A stretch of DNA of 64,000 bases from an uncultured Gemmatimonadales bacterium (GTDB lineage Bacteria; Gemmatimonadota; Gemmatimonadetes; Longimicrobiales; RSA9), in NCBI GenBank assembly GCA_963708135.1, contig OY970192.1, forward strand, positions 4,992,001-5,056,000, written 5' to 3'. This document shows positions 46,130-56,283 of the stretch, piece after piece (position 1 is the stretch's first letter; the number at the start of each line of letters is the position of its first letter). The notes beneath the pieces were generated by a model. The model did no database searches, was not told the DNA's origin, and worked only from the letters and a program-made list of their open reading frames with translations. Both the position numbers and the translations under genes were made by a program.

Positions 46130-49100
46130 ATGGCCGACGGAACGCACACCGACGCCGCGGACCGCTCCCGCTCTCGCGCCTCGGCTCCGGCAGCCCGCGC
46201 GTCCGGGCAGGGAGACGCCTCCCGCTCCCCAGCCGCCGGCGCCGCTGCCGCCCCCGGTCGCGCCGCCGCCGCGCTCTCCCGCTGGCGCGGCCTCGACGTG
46301 GAGGCGGAGGGGACCGGGATCTCCGGCCCGCTCTCGGAGCAGGTGAACCTGCTCGGCGCGATGCTCGGGCAGGCGGTGGCGGAGCAGGGCGGCCAGGAGC
46401 GGCTCGAGCGGGTCGAGCACCTGCGGCTGCTGTGCAAGCGCGCGGCGGCCGAGGGGCGGCCGGAGCTGCGCGAGCAGGCGGCGGCGCTGATCGCCTCGCT
46501 GGATGGCGAGGAGATGGTCTGGCTGCTGCGCGCCTACACCGCCTTCTTCCACCTGGTCAACAAGGCGGAGCAGCTCGAGATCATCCGCATCAACCGGGAG
46601 CGCGCCCGCGCTCGCGGCGAGCGGCTGGCGCCCGACAGCATCGCCGAGGCGGTCGCGGCGTTGAAGGACGCGGGCCGCACGCTGGACGAGGTGCGGGTGC
46701 TCACCGGGCGGCTCGACATCCAGCCCACGCTGACGGCGCACCCCACGGAGGCGCGGCGCCGGAGCATCCTCTCGAAGCAGCGTCGCATCGCCGAGCTGCT
46801 CGTCGAGCGGGCGCGACCGGATGCCACGCCCGACGAGTGCGACCGGGCGCTGGACGGCATCTACAACCAGATCGCGCTGCTGCTCGCCACGGACGAGGTG
46901 CGTGCCGAGCGGCCGACCGTGCGCGACGAGGTCGAGCAGGGGCTCTACTTCCTGGCCGGTCCGATCTGGGAGATGGTGCCGCGCGTGCACGACGACCTGC
47001 GCCGCGCCATCCGCCGCGCCTGGGGCGAGGACATCGAGCTGCCCGCGTTCCTGCGCTACCGCTCCTGGATCGGCAGCGACCGGGATGGCAACCCCAACGT
47101 CACCCCGGGCGTCACGCGCTGGACTCTCGAGCGCCAGCGCCGCGCCGCGCTCGAGCTGTGGCGCCGCGAGCTCCGCGACCTGCTGCGCGAGCTCAGCGTC
47201 TCCGACCGCCGCGCCCGCGTGCCGCGCGATCTCTACGAGTCCCTCGAGCACGACGCCGCCGACGGCGTGCTCGAGGACGGCGGCATGGCCTCGCGGCACG
47301 AGCCCTACCGCGCCAAGGTCGGCGCCATGCTGACGCGCGTGGAGCGCCTGCTCGCGGCCGTTCTCGCAGGCGACGACGCCCCGCGCGCTCCCGGCGGCGA
47401 CCGCCCGCTCTACGACGCCGCCGGCCTCACTGCCGACCTCGCGCTGCTCCGCCGCTGCCTGCGCGCGTCCGGGTTCGCCGAGGTGGGAGACAACGGCATC
47501 CTGCCGCGGCTCCTCGTGCTCGCCCGCACCTTCGGCTTCCACATGGCCGCGCTCGACGTGCGCCAGCACTCCCGCGTCAGCGAGGCCGCCGTGGCCGCGC
47601 TGCTCGCCGCGGCCGGCGTCGAGGCCGACTACCCCTCGCTTTCCGAGGAGCGGAAGCTGGCCGTGCTCGAGGCCGAGCTCGCCAATCCCCGCCCGCTGCT
47701 CCCGCCCGGCGTCGCGCTGCCCGACCCGGCCGCCGACCTGCTGGCGGTGTTCCGCCTGATCCGCGACGCCGTGGCGGCGGAGCCCGCCTCCATCGGCGCC
47801 TACATCGTGAGCATGACCCACACGGTCTCCGACCTGCTCGAGCCGATGCTGCTCGCGCGCGAGGTCGGTCTCTGGCGCCGGGATCCGGCGGACGGAAGCG
47901 TCGCCTGCGGCATCGATTTCGTGCCGCTCTTCGAGACGATCGAGGACCTCAATGCCGCGGCCGAGCGGATGCGCGCCCTCTTCACGCACCCGATCTACCG
48001 CGCCCAGCTGGAGGCGCGGGACGGGCTCCAGGAGATCATGCTCGGCTACTCGGACAGCAACAAGGATGGCGGCTACTGGATGGCCAACTGGGCGCTGCAC
48101 CGCGCCCAGGAGAGCCTCGCCCTCGTCTGCCGCGAGCACGGTATCGAGGTCCGCCTCTTCCACGGCCGCGGCGGCACCGTCGGCCGCGGCGGCGGCCGCG
48201 CCAACCAGGCCATCCTCGCCATGCCGCCCGCCGTCCACAACGGCCGCATCCGCTACACGGAGCAGGGCGAGGTCATCTCGTTCCGCTACGCGCTGCCGGA
48301 GATGGCCCGGCGGCACACCGAGCAGATCGTGAACGCGATGCTGAGGGCCGGGGAACTGCCGGAGGCGAGGGAACCCCAACCCCAAACCCAAACCCAAACC
48401 AAAACCAAAACCAAAACCAAAACCAAAACCAAAACCAAAACCAAAACCGACCCGGACACGGACTCCATCGCTGGGGCGATGGACACCATCGCCGCCGCCT
48501 CCATGCGCGCCTACCGGGGGCTGATCGAGGCGCCGGACCTGTGGGCGTGGTACGCGGCGGCGACGCCGATCGAGTGGATCAGCCGGCTGCCGATCGCGTC
48601 GCGGCCGGTGTCGCGGGCCTCGGGGCCGGAGGTGACCTTCGAGGACCTGCGCGCGATTCCGTGGGTGTTCGCGTGGACGCAGCCGCGCTGGATCGTGCCG
48701 GGGTGGTATGGCGTGGGCGCGGGGCTCTCGGCGTACCTGCAGGCGGCGGGCGACGAGGGGCTGGCGCTGCTGCGTCGCCTTTACGGGTCGTGGCCGTTCT
48801 TCCAGGCGGTGGTGAACAACGCGCAGCGCGAGATGGCGCGGGCGCGGCTCGAGATCGCGGCGCACTACGCGGCGCTCGCGCGCGAGGTCCGGGAGTGGCC
48901 GGAGGACTTCCACGCGCGCATCGGCGAGGACTTCGACCGGGCGCGGCGCGCGATCCTGGCGATCACGGGGCAGCGCGAGCTGCTGGACAACAGCCCCGTC
49001 ATCCAGAAGTCGATCCGGCTGCGCAACCCCTACACCGACGTGCTCAACCTGCTGCAGGTCGAGCTGCTGCGCCGGTGGCGCGCGGCGGCCGAGCGGGCGG

Positions 49101-49195
49101 AGGTGGACGGGCCGGACGCGGCCCGCGACCCGCTGCGGCAGACGCTCTTCCTCAGCGTGAACGGCATCGCGGCGGCCATGCAGAGCACGGGGTGA
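46130..49195 (+). CDS. ppc: Phosphoenolpyruvate carboxylase
   Basis: LTAHPTE, SWIGSDRDGNP, VPLFETIEDL, QEIMLGYSDSNKDGG, FHGRGGTVGRGG, LRAIPWVFAWTQ, GIAAAMQSTG. Confidence 0.97.
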   Translation: MADGTHTDAADRSRSRASAPAARASGQGDASRSPAAGAAAAPGRAAAALSRWRGLDVEAEGTGISGPLSEQVNLLGAMLGQAVAEQGGQERLERVEHLRLLCKRAAAEGRPELREQAAALIASLDGEEMVWLLRAYTAFFHLVNKAEQLEIIRINRERARARGERLAPDSIAEAVAALKDAGRTLDEVRVLTGRLDIQPTLTAHPTEARRRSILSKQRRIAELLVERARPDATPDECDRALDGIYNQIALLLATDEVRAERPTVRDEVEQGLYFLAGPIWEMVPRVHDDLRRAIRRAWGEDIELPAFLRYRSWIGSDRDGNPNVTPGVTRWTLERQRRAALELWRRELRDLLRELSVSDRRARVPRDLYESLEHDAADGVLEDGGMASRHEPYRAKVGAMLTRVERLLAAVLAGDDAPRAPGGDRPLYDAAGLTADLALLRRCLRASGFAEVGDNGILPRLLVLARTFGFHMAALDVRQHSRVSEAAVAALLAAAGVEADYPSLSEERKLAVLEAELANPRPLLPPGVALPDPAADLLAVFRLIRDAVAAEPASIGAYIVSMTHTVSDLLEPMLLAREVGLWRRDPADGSVACGIDFVPLFETIEDLNAAAERMRALFTHPIYRAQLEARDGLQEIMLGYSDSNKDGGYWMANWALHRAQESLALVCREHGIEVRLFHGRGGTVGRGGGRANQAILAMPPAVHNGRIRYTEQGEVISFRYALPEMARRHTEQIVNAMLRAGELPEAREPQPQTQTQTKTKTKTKTKTKTKTKTDPDTDSIAGAMDTIAAASMRAYRGLIEAPDLWAWYAAATPIEWISRLPIASRPVSRASGPEVTFEDLRAIPWVFAWTQPRWIVPGWYGVGAGLSAYLQAAGDEGLALLRRLYGSWPFFQAVVNNAQREMARARLEIAAHYAALAREVREWPEDFHARIGEDFDRARRAILAITGQRELLDNSPVIQKSIRLRNPYTDVLNLLQVELLRRWRAAAERAEVDGPDAARDPLRQTLFLSVNGIAAAMQSTG
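48374..48448 (+). repeat. In-frame hexamer microsatellite inside ppc
   Basis: CCCCAA/ACCCAA/ACCAAA units encoding PQPQTQTQ(TK)8T. Confidence 0.95.
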
Positions 49196-49196
49196 G

Positions 49197-50138
49197 GTGG
49201 AGGACGCGCCCGCGGCTCCCGTGGCCGTGCTCCTCAATCGCGCCGCCGGGTCGCACATCCGGCTGGCGCTGCGGGCGCGCGTCGAGTCGGCGCTCGAGGC
49301 AGCGGAGCTGGCCGCCGTCGTCCACGAGCTGGATGGCGACGCCCTCGCCGCCGAGCTCCAGCGCCGCGCCCACAATGGCGGCCGCCTCCTGGCCGTCGCC
49401 GGCGGCGATGGCACCATCCGCGCCGCGGCCGAGGCGCTCGCCGGCGGGCCCACGGCGCTGGCCGTGATCCCGACCGGCACCCTCAACCACTTCGCCCGCC
49501 GGATCGGCGTGCCGGACGTCGGTGCCGCCGCCCGGGCGCTCGCCCTCGGGACCGTGCGGGCGGTGCCGGCCGGCTACGTCGGGCGGCACCTGTTCCTCAA
49601 CACCGCCACCCTCGGCCTCTACGCCGACGTGGTCCGCCGCCGGGAACGGATGCGGCCGTGGATCGGGAAGTGGCCCGCCGCCGCCATCTCTCTCGCCATC
49701 GCCCTGCTGCGCTTCCGGCGCATGGAGGTCACGCTCGAGGCCGGCGGCCGCACCCTGCGCCGCCGGACCCCGCTCGTATGGATCGGCGTCGGCAGCGGCG
49801 CGTTCGGCCCGCCGCAACCCCCGGCCCGCCCGTACGAGGACGAAGGCGACCTCGAGGTCGTCGTGCTGCGCCCCGCCGGCCGCCTGGCCATGCTCGGCCT
49901 CGCCCCCCGCCTGCTCCTCCGCTGGCTGCGCCGAAGCCCGCCCGTCGGCGACCCGGCGCTCGATGTGTTTCGCGCGCGCGAGCTCGTCGTCTCCGGCCGC
50001 AAGCCGATCGGCGTCACGCTCGACGGCGAGCCGGTGCGCTGCGCGCCGCCGCTCTACGTGTGCCTCGAGGACGAGGCCGTGCGGGTGGTCGTGCCGCCCG
50101 GCAGCGCCCCCGCGGACCCCGCGGGAGTCTCGTCCTAG
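49197..50138 (+). CDS. Diacylglycerol/lipid kinase family protein
   Basis: LLNRAAG, AGGDGTI, IPTGTLNHFAR, FLN, LDGE. Confidence 0.9.
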   Translation: MEDAPAAPVAVLLNRAAGSHIRLALRARVESALEAAELAAVVHELDGDALAAELQRRAHNGGRLLAVAGGDGTIRAAAEALAGGPTALAVIPTGTLNHFARRIGVPDVGAAARALALGTVRAVPAGYVGRHLFLNTATLGLYADVVRRRERMRPWIGKWPAAAISLAIALLRFRRMEVTLEAGGRTLRRRTPLVWIGVGSGAFGPPQPPARPYEDEGDLEVVVLRPAGRLAMLGLAPRLLLRWLRRSPPVGDPALDVFRARELVVSGRKPIGVTLDGEPVRCAPPLYVCLEDEAVRVVVPPGSAPADPAGVSS

Positions 50139-51772
50139 GAGCCCGTCTCCGTAATGGCCGCGAACCATCGCTGGGCCGGTCGCGGCCGGGGTAGGCGGGG
50201 ACCGGGACGGCCCCAATCGATGTGCGCCCGGGTCCCACGCCCCGTGTTCGGCGCCTCTCCGGCTCTGTACCGGGCGCATTACGCCCGATCGGGGCGCTCA
50301 GGCGGGGGCCACTACCACATGGAGCCCCGCTTTCGCCGCGGCGAGCACCTCGTCGATGGAGGTCACCCCCGCACGGCACGCCCGGAAGAGCTTGAGCAGG
50401 TTGTGTGCGGTGCAGCCGAGGCGCCATTCACCGCGCACGTTCTCGTGACCGCGCAGGAGGAAGTGCCTCAGTCCGATCACATCCTTCATCTGCCCGCACA
50501 CCGGCTCGACGGTGACCTTGCGGCGGTCGTACTGCGCGCGGCCTTCGGCGGTCCGCAGCTTGTGCCGCATGCGCTCCTTCGTGCTCGCGTCCGCCGGCGG
50601 CGGCCCCTCGCTCCGCGGCCCCTCACGCCACTCGCGGTGACGCACCTTCTCCGGCGCCACGTAGACGTCGATCTCGTACCACTCGAGCCGCTCGATGTCC
50701 GCCTCCGTCCAGTAGCCCGCGTCCGCGCTCACCGCCTCCGGCGTCTCGCCTACAGTATCACAAACGGCTTCCACCATCGGCACCAGCAAGTTCTTATCGT
50801 TGCTCTGCTGCACCACGTCCTCGGCCACGACGATCTGGTGCTCGGCGTCCACGGCGAGTTGGGCGTTATAGCCCTGCACGAAGGTCTTCTCGCTGTTCAG
50901 CATAATCCGGCTCTCCGGATCGGTGAAGTTGCGCTGCGCCTTGCCCTCCGGCTTCGCCTCCTCGGGCTTCTCCATGCCCGCCGCCTTGGCCTGGCCCCGG
51001 ACCTGGGCTTCCAGCGCCGCCTTCGCTTCCTGGATCTTCTTCAGCCGGCTCTCACGGCGCCGCAGCTCTTCCGGAAGCTCCTCGCCGGCCGAGTCCTTGC
51101 CGTAGCGCCGGTCCTCTTCCGCGTCCTCCGCCGCGGCTTGCGCCAACAGACGGTTCACCTCAGCCCTCAGCCGCTTCTCCTCCTCCACCATGCGCGAGTA
51201 GCTCATCGCCTTGTGCTTGCTCGCGTTCCCCTTGACCTTCGTGCCGTCGATCGCCACGTGCCCCAGCTTGACCAGCCCCGCCGCTTTGCACAGCTGGAGC
51301 ACCTGCGTGAACAGGTCCGCCAGCGCCTTGAGGTGCCGCTTGCGGAAATCCGCGACCGTACGGAAGTCCGGGCTCGCCCCGGCGCACACGACCCGGAACG
51401 CCACGTCTTCCAGGCACGCCCGCTGCATCTTCCGCGAGCTGCGCACGCCCACCACCTGCCCATAGAGGATGAGCTTCGTCATCAGCAGCGGGTGGTAGGG
51501 CGGATAGCCCCGCTCCTCGTCGTAGCTGTCGTAGATCCGCGAGAGATCCAGGGTGTCCACCAGGTCGCTCACGAAGTAGACCAGGTGCTCGGGCGGCAGC
51601 CACTCCCGAAGCGAGGGTGGCAGCACCAGAAGCTGATCCGGATCGTACGGACGAAACGTTTTCGCCACGCGGCAGACTCCTCGAAAAGGGCTGCCGCCAA
51701 ACTACATCACCGAAGGCGGCGTGTACATCCCCGCGTGCGCACACGCGCGCGCGTGCTTACTCGGACACGCTC
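50139..51772 (-). mobile_element. IS1182-family insertion sequence
   Basis: Imperfect terminal IRs (GAGCCCGTCTCCGTAA / GAGCGTGTCCGAGTAA) flanked by CTAG at 50135-50138 and 51773-51776. Confidence 0.85.
50298..51668 (-). CDS. IS1182-family transposase
   Basis: LPPSLREWLP, PPYHP, SSRK, PDFRT, IDGTK, TDPESR, ADAGY, VEPVCG. Confidence 0.95.
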   Translation of the reverse strand: MAKTFRPYDPDQLLVLPPSLREWLPPEHLVYFVSDLVDTLDLSRIYDSYDEERGYPPYHPLLMTKLILYGQVVGVRSSRKMQRACLEDVAFRVVCAGASPDFRTVADFRKRHLKALADLFTQVLQLCKAAGLVKLGHVAIDGTKVKGNASKHKAMSYSRMVEEEKRLRAEVNRLLAQAAAEDAEEDRRYGKDSAGEELPEELRRRESRLKKIQEAKAALEAQVRGQAKAAGMEKPEEAKPEGKAQRNFTDPESRIMLNSEKTFVQGYNAQLAVDAEHQIVVAEDVVQQSNDKNLLVPMVEAVCDTVGETPEAVSADAGYWTEADIERLEWYEIDVYVAPEKVRHREWREGPRSEGPPPADASTKERMRHKLRTAEGRAQYDRRKVTVEPVCGQMKDVIGLRHFLLRGHENVRGEWRLGCTAHNLLKLFRACRAGVTSIDEVLAAAKAGLHVVVAPA

Positions 51773-52121
51773 CTAGCGCGTGGAAAGCCGTCGCCGCCGC
51801 CGGGAGCCATTGCTGCATTGTGTACGCAGTCGGCAGGAGTGGGGGAGTGGGGGAGTGGGCGCTATCTTAAGCCCGTATGTGTAGAAGCGACAAATGGATG
51901 CGGAGCTGGCGACGGCGGGATCGCTCACGCAAGAGGGAGCCGAGCCGACTGCCTTCGCGCAAGAGTTCGCTGGGGGGCAGGGGAGCGAAACGACGGCGAT
52001 GAGCGCGTCGCGGGCTTCAGGGCGGGCGCGCCTGGGGGCCCATCCCGCCATGGCGGCGCGCGCGGGGGCGAGGCGATCATGCGCGGGCCAGACAAGGCGG
52101 GGGGCAATGCCGGTCGGGCAT

Positions 52122-52405
52122 TGTCCGCCTCGAATCCGTCGGGCGCTGCCCGCGCCGACGCATCGGGCCCGCGAGCATAGGAAAGTCCCCACGCATCGGT
52201 CGTGGAATGGACGCTTGGGGACTTGACTGCGAATAGCGCGGTAAACTCCCCAAGCGCTCCCATCCACCGACGACCCGTGGGGAGTTGACAACGAATAGAG
52301 CGGTCAACTCCCCGACCGTCTCTACGCCGGGGTACGCGTGGGGAGTTGACGGGCGCCGCACGCAAGGAGAGCGCGGAGGCGGATCGGCGCCCCCGAAGGA
52401 TCCGC
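52122..52405. repeat. Dispersed multi-palindrome intergenic element, copy 2
   Basis: Same architecture and orientation as 20525-20810; conserved arms and loops, diverged spacers. Confidence 0.8.
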
Positions 52406-52496
52406 CCGCCCGCCGGAGCCGCGCCACGCCGCCGACCGGGCAATACTCCGCCCGCCGGAGCCGCGCAGGTTGCACGAGATCCTGAGGTTCGAGGCT

Positions 52497-52709
52497 TCAG
52501 CGGCCCGGGCTCGACCCATCCACCGCCGCGCTCCGGTGGCAGGACGTGCAGATCAGCCAGACCCGCCGCCGGACGTACGGCAGCTGCCGGCTCGGCGGTA
52601 CCTCCCGCCGCGCCAGCACGCCCCCGCATGCGGGGCAGGCAGGCGACTCGCCCCGTGCCAGCGCCTCCGCCAGCATCCGCCGCTCGCTCGCCGCGTAGTT
52701 TTCCGCCAT
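52497..52709 (-). CDS. Small zinc-ribbon-like protein (70 aa)
   Basis: CPACGG...WLICTSC, two CxxC pairs. Confidence 0.6.
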   Translation of the reverse strand: MAENYAASERRMLAEALARGESPACPACGGVLARREVPPSRQLPYVRRRVWLICTSCHRSAAVDGSSPGR

Positions 52710-52959
52710 GCAGGCAAGCTACCCGGGGAGGGCGCGGGCGACCAGCAGGCGGCGCGGCTCCCGCCGGGCGCGATCCGCGAGTGGACGAGTCGGAGAGTGG
52801 GGGAGTGGGGGAGTGGGGGAGTGGGTGCTGTGCCGGGCAGAGCATCCTTCCGGCCCCGCGGCCCTCGTAGCCCGCCGGAGCCGTTCGGAATCGGAGTCGG
52901 GCGCCCGGACCGGAGGAAGGCCGGTGCACGCGCGGCACCCGGCACCGTGCGAGGCCCGG

Positions 52960-53206
52960 TCCCCGTCGTCCGCCGCGAGCGTCACCCGGTGCAGCGCGAG
53001 CTGAACATCGAGGAAGAAGGAAGCTACATCCTCACGGTCAAGAACCGCGAGAAGCCGGCTCCGCCCGGCGCCGGCCTGCCGCGGATCTCGACATCCGCCT
53101 CGACCCGCAGAAGGAGATGATCGAGCGGGCCGAGATCTTCAACGACCTCCGGCTCGAGCGCTCCGAGCACCCCCTCGAGCCCCTGTTCAAGGGCAGCTGG
53201 CAGTAG
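52960..53206 (+). pseudogene. C-terminal remnant of a hypothetical protein, split over two frames
   Basis: PVQRELNIEEEGSYILTVKN...PPGAGL, then in another frame DLDIRLDPQKEMIERAEIFNDLRLERSEHPLEPLFKGSWQ*; protein-like codon usage but no start. Confidence 0.45.
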
Positions 53207-53230
53207 TCCGGGCGGACGGCTCGCCCGCGG

Positions 53231-53833
53231 TCATCCGTTCCGGCGCTCGAGTGCTCGCGCCCTCCTCCGCCACAGCCTGGCCGAGGGCCTGCACCCCTCC
53301 GCCTCCGCCCGCGCGAGCAGCGCGCGCGCCGCCGCGGCGCCTTCGGCCGGCCAGTCGAACCGCACCGCCGTGTCGTACGCCGCGCGGAAGCACGAGCGCG
53401 CTCCGGACGTGTGGCCTCGTGCCCCCGCCGCCTCGCCCGCACCGAGCAGCGCCGCGCACAGCTCCGGGGGCGGCATGGGCGAGGCGAGCGCGAGGACGCG
53501 CGCGAGCGCCGTCGCCTCCGGCGAGGTGGCCGACGGGTAGAGCACGTACTCGGCCGCCGCCCGCCGCGACGTGTCCAGGTCGCCGGGCGTGAGCCGCGCC
53601 CTCTGCGCGAGCAGCGCGAGCCGGACGGCCGCGTAGCGGCCCAGAACGCGCGTGAGCTCCGCCTCGTCCCGCGCGGCCGTGCGCAGGTCCCCCAGCGCGG
53701 TCTCGCCGTCGTATCGCTCCGGTCGGTCGGCCGCCGGCATCTCCCGCCCCGGCGGCTCCATCCCGATATCCTCCCGCCACCGCGGCATCCCCGCCATGCC
53801 TGGCGGGATCCGGTCCGTCCACCGCTTGCTCAT
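53231..53833 (-). CDS. Hypothetical helical protein
   Basis: MSKRWTDRIPP...; AAGG RBS-like sequence; Ala-rich, TPR-like C-terminal helices. Confidence 0.55.
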   Translation of the reverse strand: MSKRWTDRIPPGMAGMPRWREDIGMEPPGREMPAADRPERYDGETALGDLRTAARDEAELTRVLGRYAAVRLALLAQRARLTPGDLDTSRRAAAEYVLYPSATSPEATALARVLALASPMPPPELCAALLGAGEAAGARGHTSGARSCFRAAYDTAVRFDWPAEGAAAARALLARAEAEGCRPSARLWRRRARALERRNG

Positions 53834-54177
53834 GGATACCTTTCGCCCGGGTCGCCCCCAAGATGCCGCGCTCGCCCGGGGATAGCCATGGCAGGATGGG
53901 ACGAATTGCAGAGTGGGCGAGTGGGCGAGTGGGGGACCCCGGGCCGGCTGCGCGGCGCCTGGCAGGATGCCGGGCCTCGCGACCCTGCCGCGCCCGTCCC
54001 GCACCTCGCCCGGGCCCGCCGCAATTGGTCGGTTCCCCCACCCCGCAGCTCCGCCACCCCCACACTCACGCCCACCCGGAGCCCGCCCCTGGGGCCCCCG
54101 GCCTTGCGGTGGTCCGGCGTGGCCGCTATATCGTGGCCCGTTCCGGGTGTTGGCCGCGCGTGGAGGAATTGCCGCAC

Positions 54178-54447
54178 ATGAACTACTTCGTCGGGTTTCT
54201 GGTCTGGATCGGGATCGGGCTGGTGGCCGCGATCGTGGCGCGCTTCGCGATCCGGGCGGCGGCGACGGCGCCGATCATGACCTTCGTCTTCGGGATCTTC
54301 GGCGCATTCGTCGGCGGGATGCTGGGCGTGAGCGCGTACGTCTTCCACGATCCGGAGCCGCTGCGCTTCGGCGGCTGGCTGGGCGCCATCATCGGCTCGC
54401 TGTTCTTCACGTCGCTCTACCACGTGATGGCGCGCAAGGCGATCTAG
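54178..54447 (+). CDS. Small membrane protein, GlsB/YeaQ/YmgE (transglycosylase-associated)-like
   Basis: WIGIGLVAAIVA, GIFGAFVGGMLG, GAIIGS; GGAGG RBS. Confidence 0.75.
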   Translation: MNYFVGFLVWIGIGLVAAIVARFAIRAAATAPIMTFVFGIFGAFVGGMLGVSAYVFHDPEPLRFGGWLGAIIGSLFFTSLYHVMARKAI

Positions 54448-54961
54448 TGTAGTGTCTGCCAATTGAGTTGATTTAACAAGACTCCGAGCGTACTGCGGTG
54501 AGCGCCTCGCGTGCACGCTGGATCTTGCGCAAGATGTCCTCGCCTTTGGCTCGCCACCGGTACGGCTTGGGATGGAGCTTTCGTTCGGCCAAGTAGCTCT
54601 CGATGTCACTCACCAGCTCGCGTACGCTGGAGAAGCTGCCCTCCCGAATCACGTCCTGCGTCAGCTCTCCGAAGAAGCGCTCGACGAGATTCAACCAGGA
54701 CGAGCTGGTCGGCGTGAAGTGAAGGTGGAAGCGCGGATGCTTCGCAAGCCACTGGGTTACGCTCTCTTGCTTGTGCGTGCAGTAATTGTCCACGACGAGG
54801 TGTAGATCGAGATCCTTGGGCGTCTCCCGATCGATCTGCTTGAGGAAGCGAAGCCACTCGACGTGCGTGTGACGCTCTTCCGTGCGCGCGATCAATTTGC
54901 CGTCGAGGTAGTTCAGTGCAGCAAACAGCGTGATGGTGCCGTGGCGGGTGTAGTCGTGGGT

Positions 54962-56283
54962 CAGTACTGTCCGGTTAAGCTGAGATGATGATGCCGTAAC
55001 GGATTGCTACGTGGTGCGTTACGACGTTTTGGTTGCCGCACCGATTTGAACTTCGCTGCTGCGCCGCTATCCTGCCCGGACCCCCCGGCCGGAGTGGCGC
55101 ATGAATCCCGGAAGCACGGTTTTCTCACAGGTGATGGCCCACGCATCTCGCTTCGCGCTCGATCGGTGCATCCGCCGCTACCACGGCAACCGGAGGGTCC
55201 GACGTTTCTCGTGTCGGGACCAGTTCCTCGCCATGGCCTTTGCCCAGCTCACCTACCGGGAGAGCCTGCGGGACCTCGAGGCCACCCTCGGGGCGGCCCC
55301 CGAGAAGCTGTACCATCTTGGCTTCCGTTCGCCGCTCTCTCGCAGCACGCTCGCCGATGCGAACGAGAATCGCGACTGGCGCATCTACGCCGATTTCGCT
55401 CAACGCCTGATCGCAGACGCGCGTCGGCTCTACGCCGACGACACGTTGGGGATCGAGCTCACGAACACCGTCTACGCGCTGGATTCCACCACGATCGACC
55501 TGTGTTTGTCGCTGTTCCCCTGGGCCTCGTTTCGTACGAGCAAAGGCGGCGTGAAGCTGCATACACTGCTCGACTTGGCAGGCAGGATCCCCGCCTACGC
55601 CTGGATCACGGACGCGAGCACCCACGATGTGCGCATCCTCGATGCGCTCATCCCGGAGCCCGGATCGATCTACGTCCTGGACCGCGGCTACGTCAACTTC
55701 GCCCGCCTCTACCGACTCGATCAGCACCGGGCCACCTTCGTCGTTCGCGCCAAGGCAAACCTCAAGTTCAACCGGCTCTCCTCAGGACCCGTCGATCGCA
55801 CCACCGGCGTCTTCTGTGATCAGATCATCCGCCTTGCGCTGCCCCCGTCTGCCAGGGCCTATCCCGACCGGCTTCGCCGCGTGCGTTTCAAGGACGCAGG
55901 GTCCGGGCAGGACCTCGTCCTTCTGACCAACGACGTCGCGCTGCCCGCCGTTACCGTGGCCGAGCTCTACCGCCTGCGGTGGCAGATCGAGCTCTTCTTC
56001 AAATGGATCAAGCAGCACCTCAGGATCAAGCGCTTCTTCGGCACGAGCGCGAACGCTGTGCGCACGCAGATCTGGATCGCGATCAGCGTTTACGTCCTCG
56101 TCGCGATCGTCCGCAAGCGGCTCCGGATCGAGCGCGAACTCTACACAATTCTACAGATCCTGAGCGTCTATGCGTTCGAGAAAGCCCCTCTCGCACAAGT
56201 ACTTACGCGTTCGGCCTACACCCCCGAAGTCCCCTCCGATCGTAACCAGTTGTCGCTCTTCAACTTATAACCGGACACTACTG
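54962..56283 (+). mobile_element. IS4-family insertion sequence
   Basis: 16-bp IRs CAGTACTGTCCGGTTA / CAGTAGTGTCCGGTTA; 9-bp target duplication GTCGTGGGT at 54953-54961 and 56284-56292. Confidence 0.95.
55101..56270 (+). CDS. IS4-family transposase
   Basis: AQLTYRESLRD, ALDSTTIDL, VKLH, LDRGY, YRLRWQIELFFKWIKQ (YREK motif). Confidence 0.95.
   Translation: MNPGSTVFSQVMAHASRFALDRCIRRYHGNRRVRRFSCRDQFLAMAFAQLTYRESLRDLEATLGAAPEKLYHLGFRSPLSRSTLADANENRDWRIYADFAQRLIADARRLYADDTLGIELTNTVYALDSTTIDLCLSLFPWASFRTSKGGVKLHTLLDLAGRIPAYAWITDASTHDVRILDALIPEPGSIYVLDRGYVNFARLYRLDQHRATFVVRAKANLKFNRLSSGPVDRTTGVFCDQIIRLALPPSARAYPDRLRRVRFKDAGSGQDLVLLTNDVALPAVTVAELYRLRWQIELFFKWIKQHLRIKRFFGTSANAVRTQIWIAISVYVLVAIVRKRLRIERELYTILQILSVYAFEKAPLAQVLTRSAYTPEVPSDRNQLSLFNL

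Noticed and set aside
45875..49486. Very long antisense and alternate-frame ORFs (also 39963-42875, 43016-46078, 31746-34421 and the N-terminal parts of 4420-8568 and 16490-20494)
   Set aside because: Shadow ORFs expected at this GC content; they overlap well-supported genes and are Arg/Ala/Pro-rich without motifs
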